DNA of 64,000 nucleotides from Verrucomicrobiales bacterium (GTDB lineage Bacteria; Verrucomicrobiota; Verrucomicrobiia; Verrucomicrobiales; V1-33): NCBI GenBank assembly GCA_031411295.1, contig JANOAV010000077.1, positions 15,295 to 79,294 of the forward strand, read 5' to 3'. Shown piece by piece: positions 61,105 to 64,000 of this stretch (position 1 is its first letter; each line of letters starts with the position of its first letter). The notes under the pieces were generated by a model. It saw only the letters and a program-made list of their open reading frames with translations, ran no database searches and was not told where the DNA came from. The position numbers and the translations under genes were made by a program.

Positions 61105-63185
61105 TCAAGAATCTCCTTTGCTTGTAGAGAACGTTGCTCAAATGCTTGTATGCGTTGCATTTCATTTTTCGCATCACGCATGCGTTTCCCATAGCCGTCT
61201 GGATCCATGAATGGAAGCCTCGGTAACTCAACTGATTTTAAAAACTCATGCATTCCAGACACCTCGCCTAAACTCCCACCGATGTATGTCTGCCATTCGT
61301 GGCCATAAAGCATATAGGATTTTGAGCATATTTCCATGAGGAGGCTTCCTTTCTCGGTGGCTGCGGCCAATTCCCGCCCCCTCCTCGCTGACAATAAGCG
61401 TAGGGCACGAGGGAAGCCTGCAACCTGCATGGAATTGATGGCTGAACGGTAACACGGGCGCAGTTGCTCAAAATATTTTTCGGCTTTTATCGCCGCTTCT
61501 TTCAAGAGCTTACGTTTCGGCGAGGAAATGGCTTTTTTAAGTGACTCAAGACAAACGCCTGGAAGTGTTCTCATCTGGTAGCAGGCTTCATATACGAAAA
61601 GCGCTCTCAGGTCGCTGCCACCTAGCGAGACGCGTGGATTCAGCGCCAAGAGAAAGCGCGGAATGGCGTCATCAAATAAAGATTCACGCATCATCTGGTA
61701 GATAAGAAGTGCCACCCAACCGTCATTCCACTGTGTCGTTATCTCAGTGGATAGCGTCTCGATTCCAAGCCTCTGGAAAAGCACAAATCCCAGGTGTCGC
61801 ACTGATTCATCAGCAGAACTCCAAGCCGCTTCAACTATGGTGCCGGGCTCTACTTGAGTTAGCGTCGCAGGGAGCTTGTTAAATCCACTATGGGGATTAA
61901 ACTGTTCCACTATGCCAGTGGTGTCCTTCCGTGTAAGGTCGAAGAGCAACTCTTGAAACTCAGGTTTTGATTCTTCTAAAACGCTGATGAGCAGTTGCTC
62001 TAGCTCGTTCCATGTCCCTCGGTTCTCAGGTTTGATGGGCAATAGCTCTACAATTCTTTGCCTAAACGTTGGAAGATTCAGTGAAGCACACCTTGAATCA
62101 GATTTTATTGACAGTGAAATGGTAAAGTGCCGCCAGAAATCCGTCGGCTCAGACGGGAGATTGCTCTGTATCCAGCGCACCCCATATCCAAAACTCTCAT
62201 CTGATCTCTTCTCGTTGATCAAAGTGCACCTGAGGAAATTGAACGCCTCTAGCTGCTCATCTGGCGTGCCACGGCCCATTTGATCAATCAAGGTCGAATA
62301 CTGCGAATCCAGCAACGGATTGACCGAGTCTTGAATGATCCAAGAATTGAAGTAAACGAGGCGCATTTTTTCATCGGGATGCGAGCGCAGTGCAGCATCG
62401 TAGTCCGTGACGAAATCTGGGGATCGCGCACGCAAATTTCCAAGAATAGTTGCTGCCATTGAGGCCGTTTCATCACTGGGACGAGTGGCTGTCCAAATGC
62501 GCACGACGCCTAGCGCGGTTGATTGTTTAAACTCCGCTAAACTAGCCAACCCACTCCACAACCCCCCACTAGCCATGTCGCTCCCTAATCTTTTCCGAAT
62601 TGAGCAAAGCCAAATCGCTGTAATGCTAGGCGAAAGCTCGACGTATCTCAAAAATTCTGGAAACCCATGGAGGGTCGAGAAAAATGACGAATTGGCGAGA
62701 AATTCACCCCTTAACTTTTCCTGTTCCTTCTCCCCGGCACATGAGTAAATTCCTGCCCAAATGAGACCGAGCATTCGCTGAGCCTCGCCACTTGGTCCTA
62801 AGGCAAAATATAAGTCCGACAAGAAATCGTATAGGCCGCCTTCGTTGGTGGCTTGAATTTGAAGCTGGCTAAGAATTTCCTTCATTAGCACTGGATTGGA
62901 GTATCCTATTTCTAGCACTGCAAGCAATTCTGCCGAGTCTGGATACGGCACTGGGTTACCCAGAGGTATCTTCAGATTTGCTCGAATCTTTGTGCAAAAC
63001 GATTTTATTAGGGCACGGCCTGCTTGCGCCGCCTTTTCTCCTTTTTGCAGCCCATCGGTTAGCGTTTCAGCAATTGCTGAAGTCTTGCTTTCACTCAAGG
63101 TATGAATGTTCTTTTTGGTGGTCATAAGTCGAACGTTTGGATTCTTGAGGGGCATTGTGCTGATGGCTTCCAGCAACACACTCAT
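61101..63185 (-). CDS. All-helical hypothetical protein, putative defence partner (OloA-like)
   Basis: 694-aa helical-repeat-like ORF; C-terminal S.L..I....MLYG...S.ELPR...DP.G; ATGA overlap with the downstream gene; start uncertain. Confidence 0.55.
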   Translation of the reverse strand: MSVLLEAISTMPLKNPNVRLMTTKKNIHTLSESKTSAIAETLTDGLQKGEKAAQAGRALIKSFCTKIRANLKIPLGNPVPYPDSAELLAVLEIGYSNPVLMKEILSQLQIQATNEGGLYDFLSDLYFALGPSGEAQRMLGLIWAGIYSCAGEKEQEKLRGEFLANSSFFSTLHGFPEFLRYVELSPSITAIWLCSIRKRLGSDMASGGLWSGLASLAEFKQSTALGVVRIWTATRPSDETASMAATILGNLRARSPDFVTDYDAALRSHPDEKMRLVYFNSWIIQDSVNPLLDSQYSTLIDQMGRGTPDEQLEAFNFLRCTLINEKRSDESFGYGVRWIQSNLPSEPTDFWRHFTISLSIKSDSRCASLNLPTFRQRIVELLPIKPENRGTWNELEQLLISVLEESKPEFQELLFDLTRKDTTGIVEQFNPHSGFNKLPATLTQVEPGTIVEAAWSSADESVRHLGFVLFQRLGIETLSTEITTQWNDGWVALLIYQMMRESLFDDAIPRFLLALNPRVSLGGSDLRALFVYEACYQMRTLPGVCLESLKKAISSPKRKLLKEAAIKAEKYFEQLRPCYRSAINSMQVAGFPRALRLLSARRGRELAAATEKGSLLMEICSKSYMLYGHEWQTYIGGSLGEVSGMHEFLKSVELPRLPFMDPDGYGKRMRDAKNEMQRIQAFEQRSLQAKEILE

Positions 63186-63589
63186 TTCAGAGAGGATGCA
63201 AAATGCCGCAAGTAAGATTTAACTCAATAACATGGACAGGAATTGGCACCCCTACCGGAATTTCTATTCCACAAAAAATCACTCCAACCAGACTTGAGGC
63301 CAATCGGAGTGTCCATAATTTCTCGTTCGATCTTTTGTAAGGCTATGGTGTAAGCGCCTGCTTCCTCTGGGACATGTGGGCGGTGGGATCGGGCATGGGG
63401 GAGGAAGTTCAAGATTGAAAGTTCAAGTTCAAGGGAGGCAGCGGGGTTCGGATGGGTGGAAACCGGGGGGGATGGAAACGGAAATTTTGGGAAGTTTGTG
63501 TATACCTAAGGGGATTTTATGACCGTAATGAGAGACTGTTAGTCCGTCAGGCGATGTGAGATGCCAGTGGCTTAGGTGCATCGCGGGGT

Positions 63590-63614
63590 GGTGCGGACTC
63601 AAGTCCGGCACTAC
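63590..63614 (-). repeat. GTAG-type REP-like palindrome
   Basis: Reverse strand reads gtagtgccggacttgagtccgcacc. Confidence 0.55.
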
Positions 63615-63619
63615 TTTGG

Positions 63620-63659
63620 GAAAACAACAGGGCACAGACGAATCACCGTCTGTGCCCTG
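63620..63659 (-). terminator. Candidate intrinsic terminator
   Basis: Perfect 13-bp stem cagggcacagacg/cgtctgtgccctg followed on the minus strand by ttgtttt, downstream of the last gene. Confidence 0.6.
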
Positions 63660-63671
63660 ACTGCTATTCCG

Positions 63672-63720
63672 CCCTGTCCCCTGTCCCCTGTCCCCTGTCC
63701 CCTGTCCCCTGTCCCCTGTC
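63672..63720. repeat. Perfect 7-bp tandem repeat (CCCTGTC)x7
   Basis: Read directly; abuts the stop codon of the last gene. Confidence 0.97.
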
Positions 63721-64000
63721 CTACCCTCCAAGCGTCACACTCACCTCAGCGCTCCAGACGCCCACACGGACGTCTCCCGCGTGGTAGATGGCGCGGTATT
63801 TCCATTTGGTGAGGGCGGCGGGCGGTGGGGTGTTGTCTGTGTAGTTCGGGGTGGTATCGAAGGCCAGGGGGCCCCAGCCGGTGCCGCGATCCACTTGCAG
63901 TTCGCACATGTCCAGCCAAGCTCCCCAGCCGTTCCAGCCCCAGGTGATTTTCACGCCGCTGGCGGTGACTTGGACGCTGATGGTGGGGGCGATGGTGTTG
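63721..64000 (-). CDS. 3' end of a hypothetical protein with a fibronectin-III-like C-terminus
   Basis: VKITW...LQVDRG...DTTPNYTD...WKYRAIY...GVWSAEVSVTLGG; frame is open to the window edge. Confidence 0.75.
   Translation of the reverse strand, partial: NTIAPTISVQVTASGVKITWGWNGWGAWLDMCELQVDRGTGWGPLAFDTTPNYTDNTPPPAALTKWKYRAIYHAGDVRVGVWSAEVSVTLGG

Noticed and set aside
63429..63731. 100-aa ORF with GDRGQGT repeats
   Set aside because: Translation of the 7-bp tandem repeat and terminator region.

Overview
GC-rich bacterial DNA, very probably Verrucomicrobiota (Verru_Chthon cassette genes, a PEP-CTERM protein, a PVC-type heme dehydrogenase, an ECF sigma plus Ser/Thr kinase pair). The left half holds housekeeping and accessory genes: serine hydrolase, epimerase, NUDIX, a glycosyltransferase-methyltransferase fusion, a decayed patch (Y1/RAYT-like transposase remnant, cysK::CNNM deletion scar), Rrf2 plus a sulfonate-type ABC transporter, a diheme beta-propeller protein, aspS, murI and vccBCD. 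The standout is an ~20 kb minus-strand operon of mostly Sec-exported proteins (32.3-52.2 kb). It centres on a 2707-aa protein whose C-terminal part looks like the channel and TcB-binding region of Tc-toxin A subunits. Its neighbours are a peptidase-S74 tail-fibre-like protein, a MORN-repeat protein, an RCC1/Ig adhesin and a PEP-CTERM protein, and no TcB/TcC is present in the window. This is a candidate undescribed surface-displayed pore-forming/fibre system. Upstream lie a four-helix-bundle gene flanked by 9-mer repeats and an ECF-kinase pair. The right end carries an AT-richer two-gene candidate anti-phage system (Olokun-like). REP-like palindromes and 9-mer repeats occur both between genes and inserted in-frame inside genes. 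All family assignments come from motif recognition by eye; no searches were run. No rRNA, tRNA or CRISPR array was recognised.
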